24,000 nucleotides of DNA from Candidatus Calditenuis fumarioli. GTDB lineage: Archaea > Thermoproteota > Nitrososphaeria_A > Caldarchaeales > Calditenuaceae. How positions within the stretch are numbered: the first letter of the stretch is position 1; each line of letters starts with the position of its first letter. The translations under genes and the position numbers were made by a program. The notes beneath the pieces were generated by a model. That model was not told the origin of the DNA and did no database searches. It saw only the letters and a program-made list of their open reading frames with translations. This document shows positions 23,066-24,000 of the stretch, in pieces. The stretch spans positions 832,087 to 856,086 of the forward strand of contig JANVYR010000001.1 of the NCBI GenBank assembly GCA_030059665.1. Direction: 5' to 3'.

Positions 23066-24000
23066 TCAGGGCGGCTTGATCCCGTCCCTCATGCGCCTGC
23101 CGATGGAGGACTCGACGCCGTAGACGGCCTGGTAGTGTCCCCTGAGCTCAGAGGTCAACTCGTCCGGCGGAACTATCGAGACCCGCACTATCAGGTCCCC
23201 CCTTCCTCCGTCCCTCCCCCACCATCCCCTTCCCCTGATCGCGAACCTCTGACCCGATCTGGTTCCCGGCGGTATCCTGACGGTGATGGGGCCGTCGAAG
23301 GACTCGAACCTCACCTCTGTCCCGAGGACCGCCTCGCTCGGGGTTATCGGCACCCTCACGTGGACGTCCTGGCCGACCTTACGGAAGTGCTTGCCGCCGT
23401 CGATCCGCAGCAGAAGCCTCAGGTTCCCCACCTCCCTGTCCCGGACCTCGATCAGCTGGCCGTCCTCGACGATCCTCGGTATCCTCACCTCCACCTCCCG
23501 GTTCAGCCGGACCACTCCCCTCCCCGCGCAGACCGAGCAGGCCTTCTCGACCACCTTTCCCCTGCCCATGCAGGACCTGCAGGTGGTGACCGTCGTCATG
23601 AAGACGCCCGCCGATACCCTGCGGTAGACGACCTGTCCGGAGCCGTTGCAGTCCCTGCAGACCCTCAGGTGTCCCGGCTCGGCACCGGTACCGTTGCACC
23701 GCGCGCAGACCTCCTCGACTGGGACCGTCAGCCTCACCCTGCCTCCGTTGAAGGCCTCCCTCATCCCGACCGTCACCTCGTAGACCCGCTCCTGCCTCAC
23801 CTCACCGCCGAAGCCCGTCCACCCGAAACCGATGTCCCTGAAGAGCCGCTCGAAGAGCGAGTCGAAGGCCCCGAACCCGAGGTCCCTCAGGACCTCCTCT
23901 ATGTCCCTCCAGCTGGACCTGAATGCCTCCCGCTGGAACTCCTGCTGGGATGCGTACTGCCCGGAGAGGCCCTCGTGGCCGTAGAGGTCGTAGAGCCTCC
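23066..24000 (-). CDS. dnaJ: chaperone DnaJ (Hsp40), 5'-truncated by window edge
   Basis: Four CxxCxGxG zinc-finger repeats (CARCNGTG, CRDCNGSG, CRSCMGRG, CSVCAGRG) and C-terminal substrate-binding domains. The reading frame stays open upstream of 23800 through a G/F-rich region (GFGWTGFGG) and the end of the J-domain (RLYDLYGHEGL) to position 24000. The ORF-track start at 23800 is therefore internal. Confidence 0.9.
   Translation of the reverse strand, partial: RLYDLYGHEGLSGQYASQQEFQREAFRSSWRDIEEVLRDLGFGAFDSLFERLFRDIGFGWTGFGGEVRQERVYEVTVGMREAFNGGRVRLTVPVEEVCARCNGTGAEPGHLRVCRDCNGSGQVVYRRVSAGVFMTTVTTCRSCMGRGKVVEKACSVCAGRGVVRLNREVEVRIPRIVEDGQLIEVRDREVGNLRLLLRIDGGKHFRKVGQDVHVRVPITPSEAVLGTEVRFESFDGPITVRIPPGTRSGQRFAIRGRGWWGRDGGRGDLIVRVSIVPPDELTSELRGHYQAVYGVESSIGRRMRDGIKPP

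Noticed and set aside
1-24000. CRISPR arrays, cas genes, toxin-antitoxin pairs, restriction-modification or other defence islands, transposases, prophage genes
   Set aside because: There are no spaced short direct repeats, no nuclease/helicase/methylase motif combinations and no small paired ORFs with TA-like layout. Every sizeable ORF is accounted for by the metabolic, informational or envelope genes listed. The only nuclease-like candidate (22394-23065) stands alone.

Overview
GC-rich, very compact archaeal chromosomal segment. It holds 24 protein genes (dnaJ is cut by the right edge), one intron-containing tRNA and one structured RNA element that I cannot assign to a known family. Archaeal origin is supported by rpoN (Rpb10-type RNAP subunit), archaeal-type uS9 and uS2, the archaeal entry into the shikimate pathway (ADH synthase plus DHQ synthase II) and an intron-bearing tRNA-Leu. 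A/T-rich TATA-like boxes also sit about 26-27 nt upstream of most first-gene start codons, a leaderless-type layout that I used to trim the over-long ORF-track starts. Gene order left to right: hypothetical (-); lpdA (+) convergent with lipA-lipB (-); two-module VOC/extradiol-dioxygenase-like gene (-); a seven-gene translationally coupled operon asd-aroA'-aroB'-aroD-aroE-aroA-aroC (-, 11379 down to 4637); MaoC-type dehydratase (-); tRNA-Leu(UAA) (-); leuB-like (+) convergent with ilvD (-); rps9-rpoN-eno-rps2 (+). An accessory-looking block follows at 17.8-23.1 kb: a membrane-anchored matrixin-type metalloprotease with six tandem repeat modules (-), a PP-loop ATPase (+), a membrane GT2 glycosyltransferase (-) and a hypothetical protein with an RNase H/RuvC-like signature (+). 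The window ends with dnaJ (-, partial). Most of the window is housekeeping. I see no CRISPR array, transposase, integrase or recognisable defence system. The best candidate for something undescribed is a 118-nt nested-helix (three-way junction) RNA. It begins at the predicted +1 of a strong TATA box and ends 26 nt upstream of the asd start codon, making it a long structured leader in a window where other transcription units look leaderless. Other points of interest are a tRNA-Leu with one clear intron and probably a second, the surface metalloprotease, and zero-spacer or overlapping convergent gene ends.
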